Shown here: positions 1-13,621 of the stretch, piece by piece
Layout: every line of letters begins with the position of its first letter
How positions within the stretch are numbered: the first letter of the stretch is position 1
NCBI GenBank assembly: GCA_048772705.1
Contig: JBLWGC010000173.1
Coordinates: forward strand, 1-64,000
DNA length: 64,000 nt
Direction of reading: 5' to 3'
Source: Leidyana gryllorum EB-2025a
Taxonomy: Eukaryota > Protista > Apicomplexa
Notes under the pieces: generated by a model
The model's database searches: none
The model's input: the letters and a program-made list of their open reading frames with translations, nothing else
Told to the model about the DNA's origin: nothing
Program-made: the position numbers and the translations under genes

Positions 1-465
1 TTCCGGATCGGGAGCACTAAGCAGTCGAATGTCAGCAGCTGTGAGGTCCACACTACAGTGATGTAAGTGGTTGCCGAAAGGCAATAAAGTGCCTCAAAGT
101 ATGGTGTTGACGAGGCTCGAGACCTCAAAGCATTGAGTACGGCACCTGATGGCTCTACTCAGTCTCTGTGCCTACTACAAGACTTACAGGCAGACTCTCA
201 GTGTCGTCTGGCACATGGCGTTAAGATCTGCGTCCGAAAGTCAGCCGCGGACCACAGGCTTTGTCGTATCTTTGCATATATCGAGCGCGACGCGGTCCGC
301 ATCTCTGTGCCCCATGTCTCGCTTCGTAAAGTGCTCGTTGCCAAGTTCATGTCGGGAAATCCTGACGACATCCCCTCCGGCATCACTGCACAACATTGCT
401 TGGGCTGGTGCTCCAGGTCGCACACGAGTGTGTGCAGACAAGCTTGCCGGTCTCGGTGCTGACCA

Positions 466-2514
466 ATGCTGAACGACGACATCTGGACCCAAATTCTGGC
501 TTTCTTACCGCTATGGGAGCTGACAAAAGCGGCAGGAATCTCGAAACAGCTACACAGTATTCTTCACTCTGAGAACTCATTATTGGTTTCTCAACGCCTT
601 TCTCTTGCACCCTCACAGTGGGCCTGGGTTCAGCGCGCCTCTTGGTTTGAAGCGTGGCTTTGCCGATCGTGCCGTCACCTGGAGTCCTTGACCTGGAGAG
701 GACGCACATTCAAACGGCTGATATTCACTGATCTGCTACAAAAGATGTCCCAATGGGGATTGCCGAGATTAACGGAAGCGACCATAGGCACCGTTTTCGA
801 AAGTGGGGGGTCGTGGCAGACCCACACTTTCAGTTTCCCCAACCTGAAGTTTTTGGACATCTCAATGTCAGACCTTTCTGAAGGGTCGCTGCTTATCGAT
901 GCTCCGGAGTTGGAATGTTTAGTCGTCACAAGAAACCAACTTCCTTTCATTCGCCACGATTTGGCCGTGGAGCTCCATAGGGCTGTGGGTGACGGCGGCA
1001 ACGACCTGATTGTGTCGGTGACAAAGCCACACTTCAGGCATTGGGTGTTCAAAATTAACGACACCGCAGCCTCTGTGGCGAACGGGGGATGGCAGACATC
1101 GCCGAGTCTGGTGCAATATTTACCCGAGGCGCAGGATTGGGCGAGCGATCCAGTGGAGTTCCGAATCGGATTCACATACACGTGGCCAAAGTGCGCGAGG
1201 TGAGGCTTCCTGGAAGCGCTGACTTACATTTCATTCAGAGGGTCACAGAGGCTGTGGGAGTACCTCAGACGAGAATGGAGCGATCGGGAGCGCCATATGC
1301 ATCCGCTGTGTCGCACTTTCCTGCGGAATGAGCCGTTCGTGACAGATATCTATTCACAACGGCTTGTGAACGAGACTCAAGAAGATGGCACTGTGCTGCG
1401 GCGCGTCTACTCGAACCTCGGATGGTTTCGGTTGGCCCGAACAAAGGATTTGGATTCACCCCCTCTCCGGTGGAGCGCACTCCCACTGACCGAACCTCCC
1501 GCTGTGTACCCTCCTCCGTACTTTGGATCGATGAGTGACAACACACTTTATCTGAGCGCAGCCGGCATTAAACATCCAGTGGAGTGGTCAGAGGTGACAC
1601 GGGTTCTCTATGTCAGCAACAACTCCACTCCGACTCTGACTGAAAGCGTACTCGAAGCTCTGCCCCTTCAGAATTTGAAGCGTATCGAATTACCTCTGGA
1701 GGGATGGGCGCTCGTTGAAGGACTGTGTGAGAGCGCGACCCCCGCCCATTGGCCCCCCGACTGTGTCCGGGTGCTATGCCTTCACACCCAACGGGATGGC
1801 TCACCGGAAGCGATGCGACGTTTGATTGAAAGGTGTCAAATTCAATATGTCGGTGTCACCGGAGTGCCGTCGAACATCGCGAAGTTGACTGACTGGTTTT
1901 TGGTTGGGCACTCCATTTGGCGACGGAGAGGCGTTCGGGTCCGTTTCGGTCTCCAAGCTGCAGCTCTTTTGCACTATCCGTGGCCTAAGGTCCAATTGGA
2001 ACTCGTTTCGGGACTCTATACCGATGCCACTCTCGAGGCTGTGCTGAAATACATCGGGTGTTCTGCTGAAGAGATCGGTCTGTGTCTGAGGGCTCAGACT
2101 GCCGACCATCCAGAAGAATGGACACAGCTGCGAGAAAGAAGTGTCCACGCTAAGTCAACACTTCCCTCAAAAACTCATTACAACAGCGTTCCAAAGGCCT
2201 TTGTCAGTCAGTGGTACGCTGAAATGTTGGAAGGGACATTGCGAGAGGCTCAGAGCTCCGTCGGCGGAGTGTTCGACCACATCGCCTATTTTTGCACAGA
2301 CGATTGGTGGTTCGGGCGTGCGTTGTTGAATCAGCGCTACAGAGAATTAGAGTATTTGGACCTTCTGTTAAGCTTACCGGCTGTCTGTCCAGCGTCGCTG
2401 TACGAAGAGGTGTTCCCGCGAAGGGAGAAGAAATCCAGAGCTTCCAGATTACTGCCTGCGGGGCTTTTACATTGTGCGAGTCATCTGTGGTCAAAATGGA
2501 AACAAGCTTCTTGA
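466..2514 (+). CDS. F-box/LRR-like protein, copy 1 (2 exons 466-1199, 1239-2514; ~669 aa)
   Basis: N-terminal LNDDIWTQILAFLPLWELTKAAGISKQLHSIL fits the F-box motif. LRR-like segments FPNLKFLDIS..IDAPELECLVV and LQNLKRIEL. ORFs 466-1203 and 1297-2514 share a frame and are joined by a 39-bp intron GTGAGG..CTGAC..CAG (1200-1238) that removes the only stop. Confidence 0.75.
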
Positions 2515-3131
2515 AGTTCCCCGGTCAACGGCTTTCTTTGCTTATCACTTCAGACAGAGTGAAAATCAGTGTCCCTGAGCTCTACGCTTGGACAAAATCA
2601 TGACCACTACTGCACGTGTAGTCAAATGTTGTGCAGATGAACACGAAGTAAGACTTCCGGATCGGGAGCACTGAGCAGTCGAATGTCAGCAGCTGTGAGG
2701 GCCACACTACAGTGATGTAAGTGGTTGCCGAAAGGCAATAAAGTGCCTTATAGTATGGTGTTGACGAGGCTCGAGACCTCAAGGCATTGAGTACGGCACT
2801 TGATGGCTCTGCTCAGTCTCTGTGGTCACTACAAGACTTACAGGCGAACTTTCAGTGTCGTCTGCTGTACACTGTGGCACATGGCGTTGAGATCTGCGTC
2901 CGAAAGTCAGCCGCGGACCACAGGGTTTGTTGTATCTTTGCATATATCGAGCGCGACGCGGTCAGCATCTCTGTGCCCCATGTCTCGCTTCGTAAAGTGC
3001 TCGTTGCCAAGTTCATGTCGGGAAATCCTGACGACATCCCCTCCGGCATCACTGCACAACATTGCTTGGGCTGGTGCTCCAGGTCGCACACGAGTGTGTG
3101 CAGACAAGCTTGCCGGTCTCGGTGCTGACCA

Positions 3132-5180
3132 ATGCTGAACGACGACATCTGGACCCAAATTCTGGCTTTCTTACCGCTATGGGAGCTGACAAAAGCGGCA
3201 GGAATCTCGAAACAGCTACACAGTATTCTTCACTCTGAGAACTCATTATTGGTTTCTCAACGCCTTTCTCTCAGAGCCTCACAGTGGGCCTGGGTTCAGC
3301 GCGCCTCTTGGTTTGAAGCGTGGCTTTGCCGATCGTGCCCTCACCTGGAGTCCTTGACCTGGACAGGACGCACATTCAAGCGACTGATATTCACTGATCT
3401 GCTACACAAGATGTCCCAATGGGGATTGCCGAGATTAACGGAAGCGACCATAGGCACCGTTTTCGAAAGTGGGGGGTCGTGGCAGACCCACACTTTCAGT
3501 TTCCCCAACCTGAAGTTTTTGGACATCTCAATGTCAGACCTCTCTGAAGGGTCGCTGCTTATCGATGCTCCGGAGTTGGAATGTTTAGTCGTCACAAGAA
3601 ACCAACTTCCTTTCATTCGCCACGATTTGGCGGTGGAGCTCTATAGGGCTGTGGGTGACGGCCGCAACGACCTGATTGTGTCGGTGACAAAGCCACACTT
3701 CAGGCATTGGGTGTTCAAACTTCACGACACCGCAGCCTCTGTGGCAAACGGGGGATGGCAGACATCGCCGTGTCTGGTGCAATATTTACCCGAGGCGCAG
3801 GATTGGGCGAGCGATCCAGTGGAGTTCCGAATCGGATTCACACACACGTGGCCAAAGTGCGCGAGGTGAGGCTTCCTGGAAGCACTGACTTACATTTCAT
3901 TCAGAGGGTCACAGAGGCTGTGGGAGTACCTCAGACGAGAATGGAGCGATCGGGAGCGCCATATGCATCCGCTGTGTCGCACTTTCCTGCGGAATGAGCC
4001 GTTCGTGATGAGAATATATTCACAACGGCTTGTGAACGAGACTCAAGAAGATGGCACTGTGCTGCGGCGCGTCTACTCGAACCTCGGATGGTTTCGGTTG
4101 GCCCGAACAAAGGATCTGGATTCACCCCCTCTCCGGTGGAGCGCACTCCCACTGACCGAACCTCCCGCTGTGTACCCTCCTCCGTACTTTGGATTGACGA
4201 GTGACAACACACTTTATCTGAGCGCAACCGACATTAAACATCCAGTGGAGTGGTCAGAGGTGACACGGGTTCTCTATGTCAACAACAACTCCACTCCGAC
4301 TCTGAGTGAAAGCGTACTCGAAGCTGTGCCCCTTCAGAATCTGAAGCGTATCGAATTACCTCTGGAGGGATGGGCGCTCGTTGAAGGACTGTGTGAGAGC
4401 GCGACCCCCGCCCATTGGCCCCCCGACTGTGTCCGGGTGCTATGCCTTCACACCCAACGGGATGGCTCACCGGAAGCGATGCGACGTTTGATTGAAAAGT
4501 GTCAAATTCAATATGTCGGTGTCACCGGAGTGCCGTCGAACATCGCGAAGTTGACTGACTGGTTTTTGGTTGGGCACTCCATTTGGCGACGGAGAGGCGT
4601 TCGGGTCCGTTTCGGTCTCCAAGCTGCAGCCCTTTTGCACTATCCGTGGCCTAAGGTCCAATTGGAACTCGTTTCGGGACTCTATACCGATGCCACTCTC
4701 GAGGCTGTGCTGAAATACATCGGGTGTTCTGCTGAAGAGATCGGTCTGTGTCTGAGGGCTCAGACTGCCGACCATCCAGAACAATGGACAGAGCTGCGAG
4801 AAAGAAGTGTCCACGCTGAGTCAACACTTCCCTCGAACACTCATTACTACAGCGTTCCAAAGGCCTTTGTCAGTCAGTGGTACGCTGAAATGTTGGAAGG
4901 GACATTGCGAGAGGCTCAGACCTCCGTCGGCGGAGTGTTCGACTTTATCGCCCATTTTTACACAGACGATTGGTGGTTCGGGCGTGCTTTGTTGAATCAG
5001 CGCTACAGAGAATTAGAGTATTTGGACCTTCTGTTAAGCTTACCGGCTGTCTGTCCCGCGTCGCTGTACGAAGAGGTGTTCCCGCGAAGGGAGAAGAAAT
5101 CCAGAACTTCAAGATTACTGCCTGCGGGGCTTTTACATTGTGCGAGTCATCTGTGGTCAAAATGGAAACAACCTTCTTGA
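3132..5180 (+). CDS. F-box/LRR-like protein, copy 2 (exons 3132-3865, 3905-5180)
   Basis: Paralog of 466-2514 with the same intron (3866-3904) and 32 amino-acid differences counted from the ORF translations. Confidence 0.75.
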
Positions 5181-6295
5181 AGTTCCCCGGTCAACGGCTT
5201 TCTTTGCTGATCACTTCAGACAGAGTGAAAATCAGTCTCGATGAGCTCTACGGTTAGATAAAAATACGACCACTACTGCACGTGTAGTCAAATGTTGTGC
5301 AGATGAACACGAAGTAAGACTTCCGGATCGGGAGCACTGAGCAGTCGAATGTCAGCAGCTGTGAGGTCCACACCACAGTGATGTAAGTGGTTGCTGAAAG
5401 TCAATAAAGTGCCTTATAGTATGGTGTTGACGAGGTTCGAGACCTCAAAGCATTGCGTACGGCACTTGATGTCTATTCTCGATCTCTGTGCTTACTACAC
5501 GACTTACAGGCGGACTCTCAGTGTCGTCTGCTCATAGCGTTCCATTCCGCGTCCGAAAGCCATTCGCGGAGCACAGGGTTTGTCGTATTTTTGCATATAT
5601 CGAGCACCACTGATCCCGGCGGGACATTACAGCTTTGGCTACCTGGTCGAGCAGGCAGGCGCACGGAGGGTGCGCGGTCCTCAGTTCGGTGACGATTCCA
5701 ATACAATGAGAGTGGCGTGTGTCAGCCTCTACCGACTCTGAAGGGCGTGACGGTGTCGGGTCGTCTCCACTGCCACATATCGTAGATATGCTTAACTTCA
5801 TCCGACCCCCCTCGATTGCGCTTTCCGAACTCCGCTGCAGGACACCGTCAACCCGCACAATCAGATCATTCGCGTTGTGCTGGAGTCCGTCGGCCGACGA
5901 GAGATCGAGTTTTAGGCCGCCAGGGAGACGGAGGAGTCGCGACAGCGGTTTCCGAAAGCAGTCTGAAAGGACGCGCTTCTGGCGTCAGGAGCAGACCCGC
6001 CCGCAAGCGTCTCCCCGATGCACAAAGCAACGCGAGTGAGACTCGGTGAGGCAGTTTGCCAAAGACGGCCGGTCACCTACTTGTGCCGACACCCCGAAGT
6101 CAGAAGGAAGTGGCCAGTCGGGAGCTGAGAGCATTCATAGTCGTGTGCGTCCAACATTTGTGGTAACAGTATGAGGGGACGAAGTTGTTCAACGTCACTC
6201 CTTCACATTCAATTTGTACATCCATCCAATATCTGGAGGCATTGTTGTGATCATTGGCATTAAATACGACTGGATTTGCAGTCGTAAATTTAATT

Positions 6296-6805
6296 TTATG
6301 CATCATTAGTTGCTGTACCAGTTCGACGGCCTTGGGCGTCCACTTCCGCAGTGGCCGCACCAATGATGCGCGCCGCTGTTACCTGTTCCGCGCCATTTGG
6401 GTTTTCAGCGGCCTGCCTCGCGTTGCGCACCATATCCCGACCGCAGATTTCTAGGCGCCTAAGCAGGTCTTCGAATTCATCTTGGGCTGGGTTTTGTTGC
6501 GTACACTTCTTCAGCAACCACTTCACCGAGTTAAAGAAGATGAAACGTACGTTATTAGAGCTGTTACCAATCAGATCAACCCGAACTTACAACTGGCCCA
6601 TCGCCGCGCTCAGGGCTGTCTGCGCGAGCATCGCCCACCAACTGTCGGCCGCCACCCCTCTCGACAGGGCTGGGCTGTGCTGACGGATATACCAGATCAA
6701 GCATCCCAGCAGGGCAAAGTACGACGCTCCCTCGATGACAAGTACGACGAGCGTCGTCCGATTCTCCCGCCATAGATCTTTGAGTGCTTGGGAACAGTTG
6801 CACAT
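6296..6805 (-). CDS. Small hypothetical membrane protein (~160 aa; exons 6805-6591, 6560-6296)
   Basis: Two same-frame ORFs joined by a 30-bp GTAAGT..CAG intron (6590-6561). Hydrophobic segment TLVVLVIEGASYFALLGCLIWYI. Confidence 0.5.
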
Positions 6806-8545
6806 GGCTGGCGGCAGTTGGCGTTATTGACGGTCTTTTCACTGAGGTTTTTTGACTACGAGCTTCAATTGGGTGAAGAGTCCTGCCCTCTCGCCGTCTC
6901 GGCATCGGTGATCAGATTTCAGGCGGGTGCTTTTTTACCTGGCTGAATGCTCTTTGTCGTGGCTGTCGGAAGTGTGGTGTCTATCGTCTCGCTGGTGCAC
7001 ACGGGCGAGGGGGAGAGCTTACGGAAGCTTTCGAACAATTGACAGATAGACCTATTGGTTCGTTATTGAGCACAAAGGCTAATCTCGCCCGGTTGACACA
7101 ACATTCCGATACCAATAAAGTTCAATCGCAGACGACAGACCTATCGTTCCACCGTGTTTCCGACTATCGGAGCAGATTCCGTTTCAGACTCTGATATCCG
7201 CCGCCATTTTGCCTCTTCTACCATCATGTTGCACTATTCTGTCGGGGGGCGGACAAGGCAGCCGATGGCCGGAAGGGCTAAAGCACAAAAATGGCTTGAT
7301 CGTCTCTTTGAGCTCACACAGTGATGTGGTGACAGTGACGAAGTTAAAAGACGACACCTCGTCTCTGTGACCACAAAGTCGGTCCCCTTCACGAGGCGAT
7401 AGACCCCCGAACTTGTTGTGTACTATATATGTTGGAGCCACACCAGACAGAAACAGGCAGGAATCGCCACTGCCCAGTTCCACATCGGCTTCAAAGACCA
7501 ATCACGATAGCCGTGATGATAGTGACGACACCAACACTCTTCTAATTCCCGCCCATCCTTGCGTCACCTCAACCAGTGTCGGGCCCTGCAACGGACCGTG
7601 GTACCTTAATTGTACTTAGTCTGCTGCCTCTGCCGCAATCCGAATGTCTTCCCAGCAGGAAGGAATTTGGAGTGGTGAAGCCGAGCATAAAGTTGAAGAA
7701 TGCCAGGCGGCTTGACGGCAACTCTCAGCAGGAGGTATGTGATATGTGCTTTGCCAATGCCCCAGATCGGCAATGCTTCCGTTCCAATCAATAGCCTCCT
7801 TAGCTTACCTCCAGCTGTAGCATAGTCTCTCGGCGGATTTGTGCATGTGTTCGCCCGCGTGTGTGTGGATGGGAGACACGACCTCGGGATTGAACTGTAC
7901 TCCAACAGATTCCGAGAAGAACTGTGTGCGGGATCGAGTTTGAATGAGGTGGCTACATGACGATTGCCTCGATTTATGGCTAGTCGGTCTGGTGGCAAGC
8001 TATATTCTTACTGGCAGCGAGAAGTCGGTTCTGTTGTGTTACTGATTCTGAGCCGACTTCGGGAGAGTGACACAGTCTACAAGCGTATTTGGGGAAGTTG
8101 TGGTGATTTCTTTTCCAGCTACCGTGTTATGTTCTCAGTTACTCAGTCAGACGCAACGAGTACAGACTCAGCGAACCTGGTCATATTAGTCAGCTGCATT
8201 GAACCTAAGTATGATCTTTATCGCCACAGATCGGCACTTGACGGTGAGGCGTCCAGGCGACATGACGAGCGCAGAGGAACCCGACCGTGCGTAAACTGTT
8301 TTTCGTAGACCATAAACGATATAGCTGGACTGACTAACGCCGTTTCACCTCATTCCCCTCAATGGGATCTTACATCTCAGTATCGGGAGTGTGTCACCCT
8401 CGCGAGACATGTGACCGTGACGAGTCTCGTGTATCTATCTGATCGGGTGCCGCGCGCAGGTCATGGGAGGGGTAGACACACCTGAAAAGACCACCTAGTA
8501 TAGCCTGGCCAATGCCACACCACACATTTGACAAATTTTAACTTA

Positions 8546-10237
8546 ATGATAACGTCGGCCGAGACTACAGCCCAAGAAGCTGCCAATTGGCAGGAGAACT
8601 CCTCCCTGTTGTATGACTTTTTGACTGTATATAATCTGGAGTGGCCAGCGCTCTCACTCCAGTGGCTGCCAGACATAGACTCGGATGACCGACATGCGCG
8701 ATTCCTTCTGGGTACTCACGCCGCAACGCCTGCCGACAATTATGTTTATATTCTCGATATGGAGATGCCGGATGAAGAGGTTATTTCAATGGAACATCGA
8801 AGATTCGATAAACACGTGAGACTCCCTTTCTTGTTGAAAAACGGGACCTCACTCGTGGACAGATAGATAGAAGCGGTTTCGCGTATGGGGATTCGGGCAG
8901 CCGCAAGTTCAAACTGGCGATGAAGATCCATATGCCCTTCGGCGAGATCCATCGGTGAGCAGTCGCGCGGTCTCGAGAAAGAGGCTCAGAGAGACACATA
9001 CATATTGACGACGGACTCTCTCTTTCTGTGTAGAGCTCGAGAGTCACCTATAGAGAACAATCCTTTGGGTGCCGCCATAACCGCGGATGGAAGTGTGATT
9101 TGCTATCGGACCGATACTGAGAGAGAGGCACCAGCCGTTGGGAAGGAACTGCGAAAGCACGAAGGATGGGATCGCATTATCGCCAAGTTGGATGGCCACC
9201 GTCTCAGCGGTTGGGGTCTGGCGTGGTCTCCGTTTGAACGCAGTCAATTGGTCACAGCCGCGGACGATGCGAGTATCTGCACGTGGGACGTCAATCGCAC
9301 TCCAAAGCCCAGTGAAAAGATGGGACCCGGAGACCTACGTGTGATGGCTCCAGTCAGAAGATTCACCGAGGGCCATTCTGCCGCTCCTCAGGTCGTCATT
9401 GGCAGTCGGGATCACCCCGGGGTTTTTATCAGTGGTGGAGACGATGGGAAGATTCTGGTTTGGGATACTCGGATCTCTGACAATGAGAAAGCCTACTTTC
9501 CAGCCTGTAAAAGCACCGAGGACCAGTCGTTCAATGCGCTCTCTCAGAATCCCCACCGCCCATGGCTCCTGGCCAGCGGTGGAGTCGATCACGACGTCAG
9601 TCTCTGGGATATCCGCACGTGTTCCACAGCCGTTGCCAAACTCAGTGGCCATTCTGACATGGTGAGATTGCGTTTGTCTGTGTCTCGGTGTGTGTGTGTG
9701 TGTGTGTGTGGCGATTCATTTTGTCGATAATGCTCATCACCAATGCTCGCTCTCTCCTCGCAGATCAACAGCGTTTCGTTCTGTAATAGCACTGAGCACT
9801 TTTTGGCTTCGGGTGGAGCCGACCGGCGTGTGAACCTGTGGGATCTGCGTGACATTGGCGCTGAGCAGTGTCAGGAGGCCGCTGCCGACGGAGCGCCTGA
9901 ACTATTGGTGAGAGAGAATTTCTGGCTGTTATATCTTTTGGCTTGAACAGTTCTCGCATGGAGGCCATCCAGCAGCAATTCAAGATTTGGATTGGAGTGA
10001 CAAGTCTTTGGTAAGGCATCTCGGTGTGTGGATCGGAGGTTCAAATGTCGATATTTTAAGATGATCGCAAGTGTCTGTGATGCTAATCAGCTTCAAGTGT
10101 GGGCTATGGTGAGGATTAGTTGGTGTTGTGTGTCATTTGGTTCATGAAATTAGGATCGGTCTGTCTTCCTGAGGGAGGACACTGACCAGGCCTCTGACGA
10201 TGAATCCTATCGTTTTGACACTTTTCCAGTTGAGTAG
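8546..10237 (+). CDS. Histone-binding WD40 protein, RBBP4/RBBP7/MSI1/HAT2 family (7 exons)
   Basis: N-terminus [29 protein letters not shown] matches the CAF1C/H4-binding domain. Spliced GEIHRARESP, WD repeats, and C-terminal [34 protein letters not shown]. Introns 8816-8862, 8955-9033, 9662-9763, 9908-9950, 10011-10060, 10109-10153 are in phase. Confidence 0.9.
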
Positions 10238-10260
10238 TGGAAATTGATAAATGAGTGGGA

Positions 10261-10893
10261 ATGTATTATGAGTTGAGTGAGGAGGGTGGGAGTATTATTC
10301 GGAGCGACAGCAACAACTCCATTGTATACGACGAGACCAACAGATCGGCCGATGATCAAGAGGAAAATGGCCAGGCGCCATCAGAGGACGACGAAGCAGA
10401 AGAGGAAGAAGAGTGGCGTTCATCGAGCTTCGACTCTGTGACCCTCAGCGCCGCCACGGCCGACGCACCCGACAACGAGGATAATGAACAGCACGGAGAA
10501 GACACGGGCGCCGACGAAGACGACGACCCGTGGCAGCCGCGACCATTCCCGAAACGCACCCAGAGTCTGATGGTCAGAAGGCCCACCAGCACTGATGAAG
10601 ACTGGGAAGAAGACGCAACATTCGCACGCCGGTGGCGTCATAACAGTATTTTGGTTCTTCCGACTTCCTCGTTGAAGTCTCCGAGATCTGGCGGAGGAGG
10701 CGGTCCCACTACGGCTCGCAGCCAGCCCGATCTCTTTACACCCTATAGGAGGCGACGGAAAAACAGGTTTCGGTCTCTGCTTAATTGGATGGTCACTCAA
10801 TGGAAACGAATGTTCAGACGGCGTCGTCGGCGGCGGAAAGGAAAGCGTGTGACGACTTTTGACGATGCATTCGTTCAGACAGCCTCTTTTTAG
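10261..10893 (+). CDS. Hypothetical protein with acidic N-half and Arg-rich C-terminus
   Basis: Open ~210-codon ORF with D/E-rich composition and RRRRRRRKGKR stretch. No recognised domain. Confidence 0.6.
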   Translation: MYYELSEEGGSIIRSDSNNSIVYDETNRSADDQEENGQAPSEDDEAEEEEEWRSSSFDSVTLSAATADAPDNEDNEQHGEDTGADEDDDPWQPRPFPKRTQSLMVRRPTSTDEDWEEDATFARRWRHNSILVLPTSSLKSPRSGGGGGPTTARSQPDLFTPYRRRRKNRFRSLLNWMVTQWKRMFRRRRRRRKGKRVTTFDDAFVQTASF

Positions 10894-11015
10894 TACATCT
10901 TGACGCCTTGACAAAAAACTTGACATCTTCTTAACCCTTGCTGATTGAAGCGTCTCTGTGTCGCCCTCTAATTTCGTGCGGTGTTGTTGCCACATTTTCA
11001 ATACTTAGATAGCCA

Positions 11016-13556
11016 ATGGCGAGTCGGATGCGTGATGACGTGAAGAAACGTCCGTTCCCCTCCGCCAATGATGCTCAGGTCCCGTTATTGGGCCGACTTC
11101 GCGACAACGCACAATATGGACAACAACAGCAACAACATTATCAACAGCAGTCACAGCAATATCAGAGGAACAAAGGTCGGTCTGGAAGTTTAGAATCGTA
11201 CAATGATGGTGCCGAAGAGAACCATCGTCCCTCCAACACGAACAATAACCAGGCAGCAAAGTATTACTCGCAGCGCCACTCTGCAGATGAAAACGTCGAC
11301 CCACAGTATAACCGACCCGTTCAATCCCAACACTCCAAGCGGGTCAAAGATGAACCACAGTCCCCACCCGTGAGTTTCCATACCAGCGACACACCAGTGT
11401 GCTGACACACCATTGTGTGCTGCCACACACACGCCAACTCCTTCTTTATTGTGCGTCTCTCATCAGGTGCCCGGAGACTCCAAACAAGGCGGTTTTATTC
11501 GCGGTGGTAACCAGCAGCAGCCTCCTGAGGCTCCACGAGGAGTGCATCGGACCTCAAGTTTGAGTCGACGATCTCAGGCTCCCCCCCAGCCTCCAGACAA
11601 CAGTAATCGGGCGCGAAGTCGTCAACCCGATGTCGACGGCCGGGAAGATCCACGATACAACGAGCGCGGGAGTCGACACGATCGAGGCGGCGGCAGCTCA
11701 GAGGACCCCCCGCCGGCGCGAGGAAGACGAGACTCGAGCATCAGCGCGCAGAACCGTCTTCAATCCCGCGACGGCGAAGCATTGTGAGTCAATTCAGTTC
11801 TCCTCTTTCATCGTTCCTCCCCTCTTTGTGCTCAGTGAGCGTAAAATCCGACAGATCCAATCCTTGGCGCCGCGTGTGAGCGACGAGGTACCCTCGGCGT
11901 CCACTTTGGAGAATCTGACAGAGTACGAGAGACGCGTTAAGTTGTTGGAGGAGAAGGAGGAGCTAATGTTACGGGAGATAAAGACGCGGACGACTGCTTT
12001 GCGTCAACGGGAGGCCGACTTGGAAGCTCAGATGGAAGAACTGCGGGAAAGAGACGACGCTCTGAAACGTCGACAACTTGAGTTGGAGAGTGAGATTGAA
12101 CGTCAGCGAAGCGAGTTGGCAGGTCAAGCGGAAGCGCAAAAGGCAATGTACAATAAGCAGACAGCCCGATTGGCGGCAGAGAGGGAACGTCTCCAGGCAG
12201 AACGCGCTGCGTTACGAGTGGAACAAGCGGAATTGTACAAACAGATCGAGAAGCTTAAGCTCGAACAAGAAGACTACGACAAACGGAACGGGGAATTGTT
12301 AGCGGCAACGGAATTGTTGGGGGTGAAACAGGCGAAGCTCGAAGAACGCATTGCCCATCAACGTGCAGTCGAGAAGGAAACGAAGCGGCGGATAAATGAG
12401 CTCCGACAGAAAGAGGACGAAGTGAAGCATATCTGCGACAAAGCAATGGAAGTCAACGAGCGGAAGGCGCTGGCAGATCGCATGCGGTCTGAAGCTCAAA
12501 AGGAGATGGCTGAGGCATTGGCTCTCAAGACTAAGGCGGCTGAGGAGATGGAAGACGCTAAGCGGATGCAGGCAGAGTATGGGAAACTCGTGGAGGTTCA
12601 CAATGAACTCGTGCAAGAGTTGGAACAGGAGCGTTCGGAGGTGGACAAACAATTGAAGGAGATCGAAGCGTCTCGAGAAGTCTTTGATCGGGAGGAAGCC
12701 GATCTGCAGATCGCCCGTCGCGACCTCCAAAAACAGGTTGACGATGCCGCGGTCGCTATTGCCAAACGTGACGAGAAACACCGCGAAGAATGGGACAAAT
12801 TAGAAGCCACGCGAGCCAAAGTCATCCAGATAACGCACGGCCTCCACGAGAAAATGGCTCAGTAAGTACCGATCTTTAGATCTGACAGCACTCACTCATC
12901 ACTGTATGTACAGCACGAGGGAAGACGCAGCCAGAATCCGCAAAGAGGCCCTCGATGAAGCCGAATCCACACTCCGCAAGGCTAAAGAAGACGCGCGGAA
13001 GATAAGGAGTGAGGCACACGAGCTCAGAAAGGAGATGGAGGCCCGAATGTCCGAAGAGGCACGACGGACGAGGGAACAGGCGCAAGCTCAGGCCGAGGAG
13101 TTCCGGAGACAGCTCATAGCAGAAGCTGAAGAAGAGGCTCAAAGACTCCGGGAGGACGCAGGAGCCCGCATGACTCAGCAGGAAGCCACGAGTCTCTCGT
13201 TGACCGAGAAGGAAAGGGAGTGAGTCTCGTCTCCGTCGCAATAATCCAAAGCACACTCTCTCCTCTCACAGATTGCGGGAAAAGGAGTTCAAGTTGAACG
13301 CGACCCAACAGCTCTTACAGAAACAACAAGAAGACATGGAGAAGGAGTTGGTGGCCAGACGCCGACAACAGGATCAGGATCTCGCACAACAGGCAGTGGA
13401 ACTCAGAAGCAAAGAACGGGAACTGGATGAGACTCACGAGGAACTCCGCAAGTTGGAGAGATGGCTCGAGGATCGAAGAGAACGACTGGACGAAGAGGAA
13501 ATGGGACTGAAGGAAAAGGCTGACGATCTCGAGAAACGAAATGGTAAGTGATCATC

Positions 13557-13621
<65 letters not shown>

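Larger units (their letters stand above)
1..5605 (+). repeat. Head-to-tail tandem array, unit ~2.66 kb (units begin at 1, 2655 and 5321; third unit partial and more diverged)
   Basis: ttccggatcgggagcact.agcagtcgaatgtcagcagctgtgagg recurs at 1, 2655 and 5321. Units 1 and 2 are near-identical throughout (12-bp indel in the 5' part). Similarity ends near 5605. Confidence 0.95.

Noticed and set aside
1201-1203. TGA read-through or selenocysteine joining the two F-box ORFs
   Set aside because: A canonical 39-bp intron with branch point explains it more simply, and TGA is used as a normal stop elsewhere (RPT4, LPAAT).
1-5605. LTR retrotransposon reading of the thrice-repeated ~285-bp segment
   Set aside because: The whole unit is duplicated head-to-tail and encodes an F-box protein. 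No gag, RT or integrase motifs, PBS or TG...CA LTR ends were seen.
6950-8500. Possible decayed gene among short ORFs
   Set aside because: No consistent splice model or recognisable motif could be built.
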